From: Candidatus Nanohalarchaeota archaeon | GTDB lineage: Archaea; Nanohalarchaeota; Nanosalinia; Nanosalinales; Nanosalinaceae | Direction: 5' to 3' | Assembly: GCA_022729235.1 (NCBI GenBank) | Contig: JALDAJ010000001.1 | Coordinates: 928,001-992,000, forward strand | Length of the DNA: 64,000 bases | Part shown: positions 9,869 through 19,690 of the stretch, piece after piece | Numbering within the stretch: position 1 is the stretch's first letter | Layout: each line of letters begins with the position of its first letter | Notes under the pieces: model-generated | The model's database searches: none | Seen by the model: the letters and a program-made list of their open reading frames with translations, nothing else | Told to the model about the DNA's origin: nothing | Position numbers and translations under genes: made by a program

Positions 9869-11467
9869 TTAAATCTGCCGCAGTATCTCTGTCGCGTCCT
9901 CTCTACCTATCGAGAGTATCAGTCTTGAGAGCCGCGGTCCCTGCTCCCGTGACAGTAAGACCTGGTAGGCGGTGGTAAAGAACTTGCCTGTTCCCAGTTC
10001 TGAATCGTCCTTCACATCGAATACCAGGCTGTCCAGTTCGTCCTGGTTCTCGAACTCTTCCTCTTCAAGCGCGTCCGCGAGTAGTTCCATCGCCTCTCTC
10101 TGTTCCTCGCTTAAGTTCTGGACAACGTCTTCCGGCACCTCAAAGTTTATCTCGTAGCGGTAGTCCTCCGAGGCGTGTTCTCTCGCCCAGTTCTTCGCCT
10201 TCTCAAGTCTCTCCACGACTTGCTCCACGCCTTTCTCGGCGATATCCTCGGGCACGTGGTCGGTTCTCTTCAAGGACTCAACCGCTTTCGTCTCCCACTC
10301 CTCTTCAGGCACTGTCTGTGCGACAAACGCGGCGTGCTGGAACGGAACCCTTACCGGCTGATCCTCGGGTATCTCTACCATCGCGCGCTCGTAGACCCGT
10401 TTCCAGTGCTCTCTTTTCCTGTCGTTCTCCATCTTCTCCGGGTTGAAGTATGCGTCCTCTATCTTATCGAACCGCTCGTAACGGTTGAAAACATCCTCAC
10501 CGAAGGGTATCTCAAACGCCTTATTCGGCTTGGTCTCGGAGAACAGGAAACGCACCATCTCCGGCGTGTAGACCTGTTTCAAATCGGTTAGTGTAAACGC
10601 GTCCTCTCCTTCACTACCTGATATCTTCGCACCGTCCTTAGTCACGAACTCGTACATCTGGTGGACTGGCGGCTCGTCTCCGTAGACCTCTCTAACTAAC
10701 TCATTCGCGGTATCGCGCGAGCCTCCAGCAGCGGAGTGCTCCTTGCCTGCGGGCTCGTACGAGACCTGTTCATAGTGCCACCTCATAGGCCAGTCAACAC
10801 GCCACGGCAGTTTCACGTGACCCTCTTCTGAGAAGTCGAGCTCCCGCTCCTCTTCACATTCCTCGCAGTAGTATGTTACAGTATATTCGCCGTTGTATTC
10901 CCTGACTTCCGTGAAGTCCTTGCCACATTCCGTGCAGTATACTCTCAGCGGGCAGTAAGGCTCTTCTAACGGTTCTTTCCGGTACTTGTCAAGTATCTCT
11001 TTGATCTTCCCTCTATTATTCATCGCCTGCTTGATAAGGTCGGCGTATTCGCAGTTACGGAACCTCTCACTCTGTCTTATGAACTCGATATCCATGTGCA
11101 TATCCTTAAGCTCTTCTTCCAGCCGGGCTTCGAAGTGCTCCGCGTAGCTGTTGTGACAATCCTCTGGGTCAGGCACCTCTGTAAGTGGTAAACCGATATA
11201 CTGCTCCCACTCGTCAGGTACGTTCGCGGGCACTTTCCTGAACCGGTCGTAGTCGTCCCAGAAATAGATGAACCGGACATCCTCGCCGCGCTCCTTGAGA
11301 GATTTCACAACGAAATCGACCGTTATTATCTCCCGGAAGTTCCCGGCATGGACAATCCCGGAAGGTGAGATGCCTGCCGCGCACACGTACTCTTCTCTGT
11401 CAGAGAATTTCTGTGTTACCGCGTACGCCAGCTGGTCCGACCAATAGATGGGTTGATCCTCTGTCAT
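9869..11467 (-). CDS. lysS: Lysine--tRNA ligase, class I
   Basis: GISPSGIVHAGNFRE, DDYD, WRVDWPMRW, KISGS (KMSKS-like), QGPRL. Confidence 0.97.
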   Translation of the reverse strand: MTEDQPIYWSDQLAYAVTQKFSDREEYVCAAGISPSGIVHAGNFREIITVDFVVKSLKERGEDVRFIYFWDDYDRFRKVPANVPDEWEQYIGLPLTEVPDPEDCHNSYAEHFEARLEEELKDMHMDIEFIRQSERFRNCEYADLIKQAMNNRGKIKEILDKYRKEPLEEPYCPLRVYCTECGKDFTEVREYNGEYTVTYYCEECEEERELDFSEEGHVKLPWRVDWPMRWHYEQVSYEPAGKEHSAAGGSRDTANELVREVYGDEPPVHQMYEFVTKDGAKISGSEGEDAFTLTDLKQVYTPEMVRFLFSETKPNKAFEIPFGEDVFNRYERFDKIEDAYFNPEKMENDRKREHWKRVYERAMVEIPEDQPVRVPFQHAAFVAQTVPEEEWETKAVESLKRTDHVPEDIAEKGVEQVVERLEKAKNWAREHASEDYRYEINFEVPEDVVQNLSEEQREAMELLADALEEEEFENQDELDSLVFDVKDDSELGTGKFFTTAYQVLLSREQGPRLSRLILSIGREDATEILRQI

Positions 11468-11519
11468 AGTTACCGGTTACTGGCTGAGTTTTTAAAGTTG
11501 CAGTGCCGCTTGAAATAAT

Positions 11520-12728
11520 ATGTTCGAGGTAAACCCGAGACTGATCTTTGCGATAGTATTCGTCACCGCGCTCTCGCTTTTTATGTGGCGTGACAGGGAA
11601 AACGTGGAGCGCCACTTTATACTGTTCTACAGGAGGACGGAGCATGGGCTTGAATACATCGATGCCATAGCCAAGAAGTTCCCGCGTTTCTGGAAAGTTT
11701 ACGGCTCTCTGGGCGTGGTGGTTGGACTCCTGAGCCTGGTGGTCATAACCGGGTTTACTGGCATGATGTTTGTTGACATGGTCGCGACCCAGACGATAAA
11801 TGATGGATTCGCTCTAGTGCTTCCTGGTCTTGAGTCGTCTGATACAGGAATGGGTATGGATGAACCTGAGGCAGGTGCTATGTTCGTGCCTGTTGAGTAC
11901 TGGGTTATCGCCATCGCAGTGCTTATGTTTGTCCACGAGATGAGTCACGGCATCGTTGCGAGGATAGAAGGGTTTGAGATAAACTCGGTTGGATGGATAG
12001 TACTTGGAATCATACCCGGGGCATTTGTGGAGCCGAAAGGGGAGAACATGCTACCCGGAGGCGATAGTGACCCTTCAGAGTCACATACTATATGGGAAGG
12101 CGGTGGCTGGAAGTCAAGACTGAAAGTCCTGTGTGCAGGAAGTTTCGCGAACTACGTGACCGCGGCAGTGTTTTTCCTATTGCTTTTAGGGCTCTCCACA
12201 GGTGTAAGCAGTTATGCGATACAGGAAACGGAACACCTTAACTACCAGGCTGTAGAAGGATATCCTGCATATGAGGCAGGTATGACGCAGGGTGAGTTAT
12301 ACGAGGTGAATGGTGTCGAAATCGGTTCAGTTGAAGACCTCAGGAACGCTACCGCAGATATTGCGCCTGGAGATGAGGTGGTTATGAATACTTCAGAAGG
12401 CGAATTCACCCTGGAGACTGTTGAGAGAGACGGATTTGATGGTGGCTACATAGGCATAGGGCTGGGCAACGTTGAGTGGAAGGAAAGTTTTGAACCCTAC
12501 CAGGGAGTCTTCCAGTGGTTCACCTCTCTACTATTTGTCGTAGGATCGCTCAACCTGTTCATCGGTCTGTTCAACATGCTACCTATCAAGCCGCTTGACG
12601 GCGGTCTGTCCGTTGAGACCCTGATAACAGAGTTCTGGGGAGAGGATAAAGTAACTTACCTGAACAGGTTCTCCCTGATAGGCTGGGCGCTCATCCTTGG
12701 TACGATCACTCTTGCCCTGGTGCTCTGA
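11520..12728 (+). CDS. Site-2 protease (M50) with PDZ-like insert
   Basis: HEMSH, GAFVEP, AGSFAN, NMLPIKPLDGG. Confidence 0.92.
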   Translation: MFEVNPRLIFAIVFVTALSLFMWRDRENVERHFILFYRRTEHGLEYIDAIAKKFPRFWKVYGSLGVVVGLLSLVVITGFTGMMFVDMVATQTINDGFALVLPGLESSDTGMGMDEPEAGAMFVPVEYWVIAIAVLMFVHEMSHGIVARIEGFEINSVGWIVLGIIPGAFVEPKGENMLPGGDSDPSESHTIWEGGGWKSRLKVLCAGSFANYVTAAVFFLLLLGLSTGVSSYAIQETEHLNYQAVEGYPAYEAGMTQGELYEVNGVEIGSVEDLRNATADIAPGDEVVMNTSEGEFTLETVERDGFDGGYIGIGLGNVEWKESFEPYQGVFQWFTSLLFVVGSLNLFIGLFNMLPIKPLDGGLSVETLITEFWGEDKVTYLNRFSLIGWALILGTITLALVL

Positions 12729-12737
12729 ATGTCCTAA

Positions 12738-13139
12738 CCTATTTGATTCTTACACTCGCCTCCTGTAGTATGACGCATACAATAGAAGTAATCGATCGAG
12801 GCGACAAAGTCGAAGCAGAGGACGGTCAGACCATACTCAACGCGTTGCTTGAAGGCGGTGTCGAGTGGCTGCACGCGTGCGGAGGTTTCTGCAACTGTAC
12901 CACGTGCCGGGTGAAAATCGAGGAGGGTGAGGAAAACATCTCTGACATGGAAGAGGATGAGAAGAATACTCTGAGACGTTTCCAGGGAGATGAAGTGCTG
13001 GATGGACCCTTCCGACTGAGCTGCCAGGTAAAAGTCTATGGAGACGTGAAGATAAGCGAGCCTGAGTGGCTCTAGGCAGTTTTGACCACCTGTAAAAATC
13101 CAGTAGAAACTGACTGAACCAAGCCTATTTGATTCTTAC
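12738..13139 (+). repeat. 16-bp direct repeat CCTATTTGATTCTTAC (12738-12753 and 13124-13139) upstream of ferredoxin and GGR genes
   Basis: Exact match, 32 and 39 bp before the respective ATGs. Confidence 0.75.
12770..13075 (+). CDS. 2Fe-2S ferredoxin
   Basis: HACGGFCNCTTCRV ... RLSCQ; start set at ATG 12770. Confidence 0.92.
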   Translation: MTHTIEVIDRGDKVEAEDGQTILNALLEGGVEWLHACGGFCNCTTCRVKIEEGEENISDMEEDEKNTLRRFQGDEVLDGPFRLSCQVKVYGDVKISEPEWL

Positions 13140-13162
13140 CTATTCAGTAAATTAACATATAG

Positions 13163-14230
13163 ATGAAAGACCTGATAATCGTTGGCGCAGGACCCGTAGG
13201 TTCACACCTCGCGAAGAAGTTCTCGGAGAAAGGAAACGATGTACTGGTTATTGAGCAGAGCGACGAGATCGGGAAGCCGCTCGCCTGTTCTGGCCACGTA
13301 TCGCCGGATATCTGGAAGTTCGTCCCGGAAGACAAGAGAGACCGGCTGGAGCAGAACCAGATAAGTGGTGCTCGTTTCCACGATGACGGGGATGAGTACC
13401 GGTTCTACAAGGAGAACGAGACGGTTTCCTACGTTATCGACAGAGTTGAACTGGACAGGGTTAAGGCAGAGGAAGCACAGGAAGCAGGAGCAGATTACAG
13501 GCTTGGAGAGAAAGTTATGGATGTGAATGAACACGATAGATACGTGGAAGTCCAAACCCAGGGAGACTCCTACAACGCGAAGATGGTAGCAGGTTGCGAC
13601 GGCGCCAGCTCAACAGTAAGACACAAGCTGGACCTCCCGGAGCCAGACCAATTCTACCAGGGCGTGCTCTGTTTCTCGGACGAAGATGACAGCGGAGACT
13701 TCGTCGACGTTTTCCTGGAGGTTCCAGAGTTCTTCGGCTGGAGGATTCCCAGGAGCGACAGCGTAGAGTACGGTGCCGCAGTACCGAAGGGAGAGGAACC
13801 GATGAAATGGCTTGACCGAATCCTCGAACGATATGATGTCGAGAAGCAGAAAGTATGTGCCGGTGCTATACCTATCGGACCACCCTCAACCGTCACAAGT
13901 GACCGCGTATTCCTGGTCGGTGACGCGGCAGCCCAGACCAAACCCTTTACCGGGGGCGGAATACTTTACGGGATGAGATCGTCAGACGTAGCATCCCGGA
14001 CAATAGATATAGACAGCCCATCAACCCTGGATACTTACGAGAAAGGATGGAGAGAAGAGCTTATATGGGATATACGGATCGGACAGGTTATAAAGAGTTC
14101 ATATTCCATGCCCTCTATAGCGCAGAAAATGGGTATGTGGCTTTTCCAGGGCGAGATAGGAGTCCACATGGACCGTCCTACGTCTCTATTCAGTCTAGCA
14201 CAGCTAAAATCACTTCTCAGACGCAACTAA
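13163..14230 (+). CDS. Geranylgeranyl reductase family FAD oxidoreductase
   Basis: IVGAGPVG, PLACSG, GCDG, WRIP, LVGDAAAQTKPFTGGGI. Confidence 0.9.
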   Translation: MKDLIIVGAGPVGSHLAKKFSEKGNDVLVIEQSDEIGKPLACSGHVSPDIWKFVPEDKRDRLEQNQISGARFHDDGDEYRFYKENETVSYVIDRVELDRVKAEEAQEAGADYRLGEKVMDVNEHDRYVEVQTQGDSYNAKMVAGCDGASSTVRHKLDLPEPDQFYQGVLCFSDEDDSGDFVDVFLEVPEFFGWRIPRSDSVEYGAAVPKGEEPMKWLDRILERYDVEKQKVCAGAIPIGPPSTVTSDRVFLVGDAAAQTKPFTGGGILYGMRSSDVASRTIDIDSPSTLDTYEKGWREELIWDIRIGQVIKSSYSMPSIAQKMGMWLFQGEIGVHMDRPTSLFSLAQLKSLLRRN

Positions 14231-14267
14231 CAGGTTTAATTAAAAAGTTAGTTGTGAACCAGAATAT

Positions 14268-14939
14268 ATGCATCTAGGAGTTATTCCAGACGGCAACCGG
14301 CGCTACGCCAGAGAGAATAACGTAGAGAAGAAAGAGGCTTACAGAAGAGCTAAAGACGTTATATTAGACATTTTTGAAGATATGAGCGAACTGCCTGCAG
14401 ATATCCAGGAAGTAACGTTCTACCTGCTCTCCGAGGACAACCTGGAGCGGAGCGATGACGATCTGAATACCCTTTTCGAACTTCTGCAGGAGCAAATACA
14501 GGAGACAGCCTCACAGTTCAACGGCAACGGATTCAGCTTTAACTGGGTCTCAACACAACCCCGGGCTATACCTAGAGGGCTGAGGAAAAAACTGGAGAAG
14601 CTTGAGAAAAAGCACAGCGACGGGGATAAACAGCTCAACGCTCTCATCTCCTATTCCGGTAGAACCGATATAGTGAAGGCTGCGGAAGAGATAAGCGAGA
14701 ACGGGGACAGCTTCAGCAGGGACGCGCTTAAGTCCCACCTGGAGATAGAAACCGACATCGATTTTGTAATCAGGACAGGAAACAATCCTACAAGAGAGTG
14801 CCTATCCGGCTTCCCTATCTGGAACTCTTCCTACTCCGAGTACTACCACATACAGAAGCACTTCCCTGAAGTGACTATGGAAGATATAACTACGGCACTT
14901 GAGCACTACAAAGAGTTAAGACGGAAGAAAGGCGAGTAA
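14268..14939 (+). CDS. uppS: cis-prenyltransferase (undecaprenyl/dolichyl diphosphate synthase family)
   Basis: HLGVIPDGNRRYA, SEDNLER, YSGR, IRTG, LSGF. Confidence 0.88.
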   Translation: MHLGVIPDGNRRYARENNVEKKEAYRRAKDVILDIFEDMSELPADIQEVTFYLLSEDNLERSDDDLNTLFELLQEQIQETASQFNGNGFSFNWVSTQPRAIPRGLRKKLEKLEKKHSDGDKQLNALISYSGRTDIVKAAEEISENGDSFSRDALKSHLEIETDIDFVIRTGNNPTRECLSGFPIWNSSYSEYYHIQKHFPEVTMEDITTALEHYKELRRKKGE

Positions 14940-14945
14940 TTAACA

Positions 14946-15053
14946 GTGGTAGACAAAACCTGCTGGAACTGCGGAGCAGAAATGTTGAAAAGACCGGACT
15001 GCGAACTTGAATGCAGGAAATGCGGATTAATACGTGACTGCAGCGACCCCTAG
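14946..15053 (+). CDS. 35-aa Cys-rich zinc-finger micro-protein (not in ORF track)
   Basis: GTG start: MVDKTCWNCGAEMLKRPDCELECRKCGLIRDCSDP, six Cys, fills the gap exactly. Confidence 0.8.
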   Translation: MVDKTCWNCGAEMLKRPDCELECRKCGLIRDCSDP

Positions 15054-15542
15054 GTGAAACCGATGAACGTGCCTTCGACAACCAGAAAGAACAGGGTCAT
15101 ACTTCTTGGAGCTGTTTTAATCCTTGCAGCAGTTGCTTTAATGTCAACTCTCCAGACAGAAGCAAAAGCCACGTTCGTCTCCGACGGCGAAGAACTCGCA
15201 ACGGTAACGCTCGAGGTAGCAGATACCGGGGAGGAACGCCAGCAGGGCTTGATGCACAGGCAGTCACTCGCGGAAAACCACGGCATGATTTTCGTTTATT
15301 CTGATGAGGACACACGGACTTTCTGGATGAAGAACACCTACATCCCGCTCGACATGATATTCATAGCGGAAGACGGTACGATCGTCGACATACAGGAAGC
15401 CGATCCTGAACCAAACACGCCTGACCATGAACTTGAACGCTACACAAGTCTGGAACCAGCGATGTATGTTATAGAAGTTAACCAGGGATTCTCAGAGAAG
15501 CATGGCATAGAGATCGGTGACCAGATTCTACTGGACTACTAG
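15054..15542 (+). CDS. DUF192 family protein
   Basis: EVADT.EER..GLM, GMIF, FWMKNTYIPLDMIF, VIEVNQG. Confidence 0.93.
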   Translation: MKPMNVPSTTRKNRVILLGAVLILAAVALMSTLQTEAKATFVSDGEELATVTLEVADTGEERQQGLMHRQSLAENHGMIFVYSDEDTRTFWMKNTYIPLDMIFIAEDGTIVDIQEADPEPNTPDHELERYTSLEPAMYVIEVNQGFSEKHGIEIGDQILLDY

Positions 15543-15595
15543 TCGCTCGGTCTTCGACTGATGAATTTAATAATCTTGCTCGTGTTCTCAAATGC

Positions 15596-15952
15596 ATGAA
15601 CCTGGAGAAGCTTATACCTGATGACTATGGAACACTTGAAAACGATGATTTAGCACTTTCCGAGGGTCGTATCGCCCGTCTTGTAAGAGAGAACATGGAT
15701 GAGGAGCAGACTCTTGACGGTGATGTACCTCACGTTATCAACTGCGTTCTCTCCCGCTTACTGGATGAGATTATCGACAGCATGATGAAGGAGGCTGACA
15801 TGATGGCGAAGGTGAAAGAGGCTCACGCACGTTCCGCGCTTAGAAACATCGAAATCGACGAGCAGTACTCCGCGAGAACCGAGGCGTTTATCGACCAGTT
15901 GAGATCTATCTCAGACGAGATGGAGGAGACGGCAGACCGCCTCGAGCAGTGA
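15596..15952 (+). CDS. Putative histone-fold protein with C-terminal coiled coil
   Basis: LALSEGRIARLVRENM...short loop...long helix...AHARSAL matches histone-fold helix spacing; inference. Confidence 0.5.
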   Translation: MNLEKLIPDDYGTLENDDLALSEGRIARLVRENMDEEQTLDGDVPHVINCVLSRLLDEIIDSMMKEADMMAKVKEAHARSALRNIEIDEQYSARTEAFIDQLRSISDEMEETADRLEQ

Positions 15953-16066
15953 TGAGAGATAAGGTCTTTAACAGGATTTTAAGAAGGTTAGCGGTTTTAT
16001 CCTCGTTAAATAGTGTCGTTAACCTTTTTAATTTCAATTTATCAATCGAAGGATAGGTGAATAACG

Positions 16067-16291
16067 ATGGCAGAAGTTAACTACTTGGATTGGGCTTCCC
16101 TCGTGCTCGTAATCGTAGGAGCACTGAACTGGGGTCTCGTAGGACTGGGCGAGTTCGCTGAACAGAACCTGAACATAGTGAACCTCATCCTAGGAGGCAT
16201 CCCGGAAGCAGAAGCACTGGTCTATGTCCTAGTAGGTCTGGCAGGACTTTACCAGGTCTACTTCGGCTACCAGCTCTACGAGGAGCAGTAA
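16067..16291 (+). CDS. DUF378 family membrane protein
   Basis: LVIVGALNWGLVGL...YVLVGLAG; AGGTGA SD. Confidence 0.9.
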   Translation: MAEVNYLDWASLVLVIVGALNWGLVGLGEFAEQNLNIVNLILGGIPEAEALVYVLVGLAGLYQVYFGYQLYEEQ

Positions 16292-16318
16292 GTTCCTCGA
16301 CCACTTCTTTCCTTTTTA

Positions 16319-16519
16319 TTATCCGTCATCCTGGTCTTCCAGACCGTCCTCATCAGGCACCATTTCATCCAGTCCCTCGGTCATATCCATCATCTCACCC
16401 ATCTGATCCTGCAGAGTACCGAGTTGCCTCTTCATCTTCCACCTGAGATAGAAAAGCGCGGCACCAACACCGATGAGGAAACCGACTAAGAGACCGGCTA
16501 AAAACCATATAGTTGTCAT
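16319..16519 (-). CDS. Small single-TM protein
   Basis: N-terminal TM helix, acidic tail. Confidence 0.7.
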   Translation of the reverse strand: MTTIWFLAGLLVGFLIGVGAALFYLRWKMKRQLGTLQDQMGEMMDMTEGLDEMVPDEDGLEDQDDG

Positions 16520-16589
16520 AAACAGCTATTCTCTCCACGCCCTTAATAATCTGAACCTTTATAAAGTAATACATCGTAATACAATCGAT

Positions 16590-16901
16590 ATGGCGGTCGA
16601 GCCAAAAAGACGACGTAACCAGAGACAAGGAGAACTAAGCCCTCATGAATTAGCAAGTAAACTTGAATACAGCAGCGCTGATGAACTCTACTCTCTTGTG
16701 AAAGGCATACTGACTGCGAGCGAGAACGGAAAGATGCAGGTCAGAGAGATGCAGAACCAAATACCTGATCTTGAGAAATATGATGAAGATCATATTGCAA
16801 GAGTCGTTACGTCTCTTACCAACTTTCACCACGACTACAATGGGATAGTGACCTACCTAGACGGGAACGGTAATCCCGGATTTTTCCTCGAAGAATACTA
16901 G
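16590..16901 (+). CDS. Hypothetical protein
   Basis: ATG 16590 downstream of TTTATAAA box. Confidence 0.6.
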   Translation: MAVEPKRRRNQRQGELSPHELASKLEYSSADELYSLVKGILTASENGKMQVREMQNQIPDLEKYDEDHIARVVTSLTNFHHDYNGIVTYLDGNGNPGFFLEEY

Positions 16902-16965
16902 GAATAGCCTCTCAGGAATTCTAACTACTTTAAAATCAAAGATTTTTCTGCCGGGCATAACGCCT

Positions 16966-17775
16966 TCAAGGCTTTCTTTTTCTAATAACCTCTGCCCTGT
17001 GACCGTCTTCTTGACTTTCCTTAGACCGGTCATAAGCAGTCTTGAGCAGGTATAATCCGAATAACGGGAGAATCAGGGTAGGCAGCATCATTTCGGGATC
17101 CTGCACGTATATCGGTGGAGCGTTAGCATAGAAATCGACTACGCCCCGTGCAGGTTCGTACAACTCAGCTGATAAAAGACCAGCGCCTACCGCTCCTGCC
17201 CCTCCTAAAGCTCTTCCTGCCGCACTACGTTTTTTGAGGCTTGACAGCTCTTCCAGGTTATTCACGTGCTCGCTTACTCTACCCCTATTACGCTCCAGTG
17301 CTCTCTCATAGTCTGCTCTCAACTCCTCAAGTTCCTCCTCCAGTCCCTCTATCACTTCTATCTGTTCTCCAGTAAGTTCTTCGTACCTTACCTGGAGCTC
17401 TCTGAACCTTGATATAGAACTTTCCAGGCTCTCTACGTAGTCAGGTCCTACTTCTCCGTACTCTTCGAGTAGATCTTCGATATCACGTTCCAATCTCTTA
17501 AGAGCGCGCTGGAATCTTTCATCATTCTCTATCCTCCCTGCTCCACCAATTTCCAGTTCCTGTTTTCTATTCTCCAGTTCACCGATATATCTTGCAGTAT
17601 CTTCCAGCAGCAGTTCTCTTCTCTCCCTGAAATCATATACTGTTTCCTCTTCTCCTGTACTTCCCCCGTCAGTCATGACTTTAGGAGGCTCTAGCGCAGT
17701 GTTTAACTCCCTATAACCAGTAGAAGTAGCTTCTAGCGTTTGATCGACAGTATCATTCTGATTATCTCGTCCCAT
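16966..17775 (-). CDS. Hypothetical coiled-coil protein with C-terminal TM segments
   Basis: Acidic heptad-rich region then hydrophobic helices. Confidence 0.7.
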   Translation of the reverse strand: MGRDNQNDTVDQTLEATSTGYRELNTALEPPKVMTDGGSTGEEETVYDFRERRELLLEDTARYIGELENRKQELEIGGAGRIENDERFQRALKRLERDIEDLLEEYGEVGPDYVESLESSISRFRELQVRYEELTGEQIEVIEGLEEELEELRADYERALERNRGRVSEHVNNLEELSSLKKRSAAGRALGGAGAVGAGLLSAELYEPARGVVDFYANAPPIYVQDPEMMLPTLILPLFGLYLLKTAYDRSKESQEDGHRAEVIRKRKP

Positions 17776-17871
17776 CGCGTGTTTTGGGCAGTCCCAGCCA
17801 GACTTAAACGTTAAGCTTTAGGACAACGCATACAAACTTGTTAAATAACTCCGAATCACCGGTGTATTTTT

Positions 17872-18075
17872 ATGGATCGTAAAAAGATGGAGTACAGGCT
17901 GGCGATTTACTCCCTCGCCATCCATGTCGCCGCCCTGTTTTTCGGAGTCGCTGCATTCTTCCTGGCAGGACTGACCGCATCAATAATAGTATTCTTCCTG
18001 GCAGTCGCTATTCTTCTCGGAGTAGTCTACTGGAGAACTACTAGAACTCTAGAAGAAGAGAACAAGAACGGCTGA
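17872..18075 (+). CDS. Small 2-TM membrane protein
   Basis: Hydrophobic 67-aa ORF. Confidence 0.6.
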   Translation: MDRKKMEYRLAIYSLAIHVAALFFGVAAFFLAGLTASIIVFFLAVAILLGVVYWRTTRTLEEENKNG

Positions 18076-18573
18076 AACCCCGGCTATAAGGAAGAAGACG
18101 GGTTTGCTGTACCTGTAAACTGACTGTCCGTCCAGCCCTGCCGCCGGTATCATGTTGAACAGGGCGAGCCACGCATTAATCCGGAGCCCGTACTCTCCTA
18201 CCATGCCAGGTACTGCGAGAAACACTAGCGCCAGCACGATATTCGTGACCGGTCCTGCAACACTGATAAGCATCTGCTGCCTGTCAGTTCTCCTGCCGCG
18301 GGAGTAAACTGCACCAGGTGCAGCGAAGATAAATCCGGCGAGCGAGGCAAGAAAGGCGAACCCGAGCATCCTGTAATCCGCCACGAACTCTGCCCAGAGC
18401 CCGAACCTCTGCGCCACCACCTTGTGCGCAAGCTCGTGAATCAGGAATCCTATACCTGCAGTGAAGAGAGCTATCGCGATCGGACGCGGACTTAATCCTC
18501 CGAGCAGATTGGCAAACGCCAGGCTGAGTATCACCCACGCAGCAATCAAGTCACGGATTTCTCTCTGCTCCAT
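18049..18573 (-). CDS. M50-family zinc metalloprotease (short archaeal type)
   Basis: HELAHK, FAAPGAV, AGPVTN, FNMIP..LDG; start set at ATG 18573. Confidence 0.9.
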   Translation of the reverse strand: MEQREIRDLIAAWVILSLAFANLLGGLSPRPIAIALFTAGIGFLIHELAHKVVAQRFGLWAEFVADYRMLGFAFLASLAGFIFAAPGAVYSRGRRTDRQQMLISVAGPVTNIVLALVFLAVPGMVGEYGLRINAWLALFNMIPAAGLDGQSVYRYSKPVFFLIAGVSAVLVLFF

Positions 18574-18622
18574 ATCACTAGTACTGTTTCCATAAAGTAA
18601 AAAGAGGTTTTTCTCCAGAGCA

Positions 18623-19618
18623 TCAGAGACCAAGAAGCAACGTCGCAACACCAAAGTAAATCAACAACGCAGTGATGTCTTTGATAGTTGTAACCATCGG
18701 ATCTGAAACCGCGGCAGGGTCGTAACCAGTCCTGTCAACCATACCCGGTATTAACGTCCCGATCACCGAGGCAACGGTACAGGTAAGAAACAGGGATATA
18801 GAGATAACTGACGCTATCCCGATACCCTGCCAGAAATAGATGACAGCACCAGCAAGAACGCCTACGATTAAGCCTATGATCCCGCCAACCAGCGCCTCTC
18901 TAAACACTCGACGCCATATATTTCCCTCCTCTATACTTCCAAGCGCAAGCCCTCTGACAAATATCGTTGACGACTGCGTTCCCACATTACCTCCCATGTC
19001 CATAATCACCGGAATGAAAAACGCCAGGACGACAAGAGCCTGTAGCTCATGCTCGAAAGCCTCTATAACTGTACCCGCGATGATACCTCCTGCAAGCGCG
19101 AATACCAGCCATGGAAGTCTTGCAACTACAGTTTCTCTAATCGAAGCGTTAAGCATCTTCTCACTCCTATAAAACTCCTTCGAGCCTATAACACCCGCCT
19201 TCTTGAAGATATCCTCGGTCGCCTCCTCGTCAAGCACCTCAACCATGTCATCCAACCGTAAGATACCTTCTAGCCTACCCTTCTCCACCACAGGAATCGC
19301 ACGGTAATCATACTCCGCCATCACGCGGGCGACATCCTCCATATCCTCGTCCAGTCCGACAGTCACCATATCCTGGTCCATCGCCGCCTCTAAGGACTCC
19401 GAGTTCATCAACTCCTTGACCGAGGCGATGCCTTCAAGCTTGCCGTCATCCTCTATGTAGACGTAGTATATCGACGGTCTGTCCTCAACAGTATCATGTT
19501 CCCCGAACTTCTCCAGCGCCCTGTCAACCGATGTATCAAGAGAGACAGAGACAAAGTCCGTTCTCAAAAGATCACGTGCTTGGAGCTTTTCATCGTCCAT
19601 GTAAACTGTTGAGGTCAC
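18623..19618 (-). CDS. mgtE: Magnesium transporter MgtE (CBS pair + TM domain)
   Basis: YYVYI, RLPWL, MGGNVGTQS, DPAAVSDPMVTTIKD. Confidence 0.93.
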   Translation of the reverse strand: MTSTVYMDDEKLQARDLLRTDFVSVSLDTSVDRALEKFGEHDTVEDRPSIYYVYIEDDGKLEGIASVKELMNSESLEAAMDQDMVTVGLDEDMEDVARVMAEYDYRAIPVVEKGRLEGILRLDDMVEVLDEEATEDIFKKAGVIGSKEFYRSEKMLNASIRETVVARLPWLVFALAGGIIAGTVIEAFEHELQALVVLAFFIPVIMDMGGNVGTQSSTIFVRGLALGSIEEGNIWRRVFREALVGGIIGLIVGVLAGAVIYFWQGIGIASVISISLFLTCTVASVIGTLIPGMVDRTGYDPAAVSDPMVTTIKDITALLIYFGVATLLLGL

Positions 19619-19690
19619 GCCTAACTAAAAGCTTGCCAGACACAACCGGAAAAACAATATTAATGCTGTTGGTAAGTCGATGATAACACA

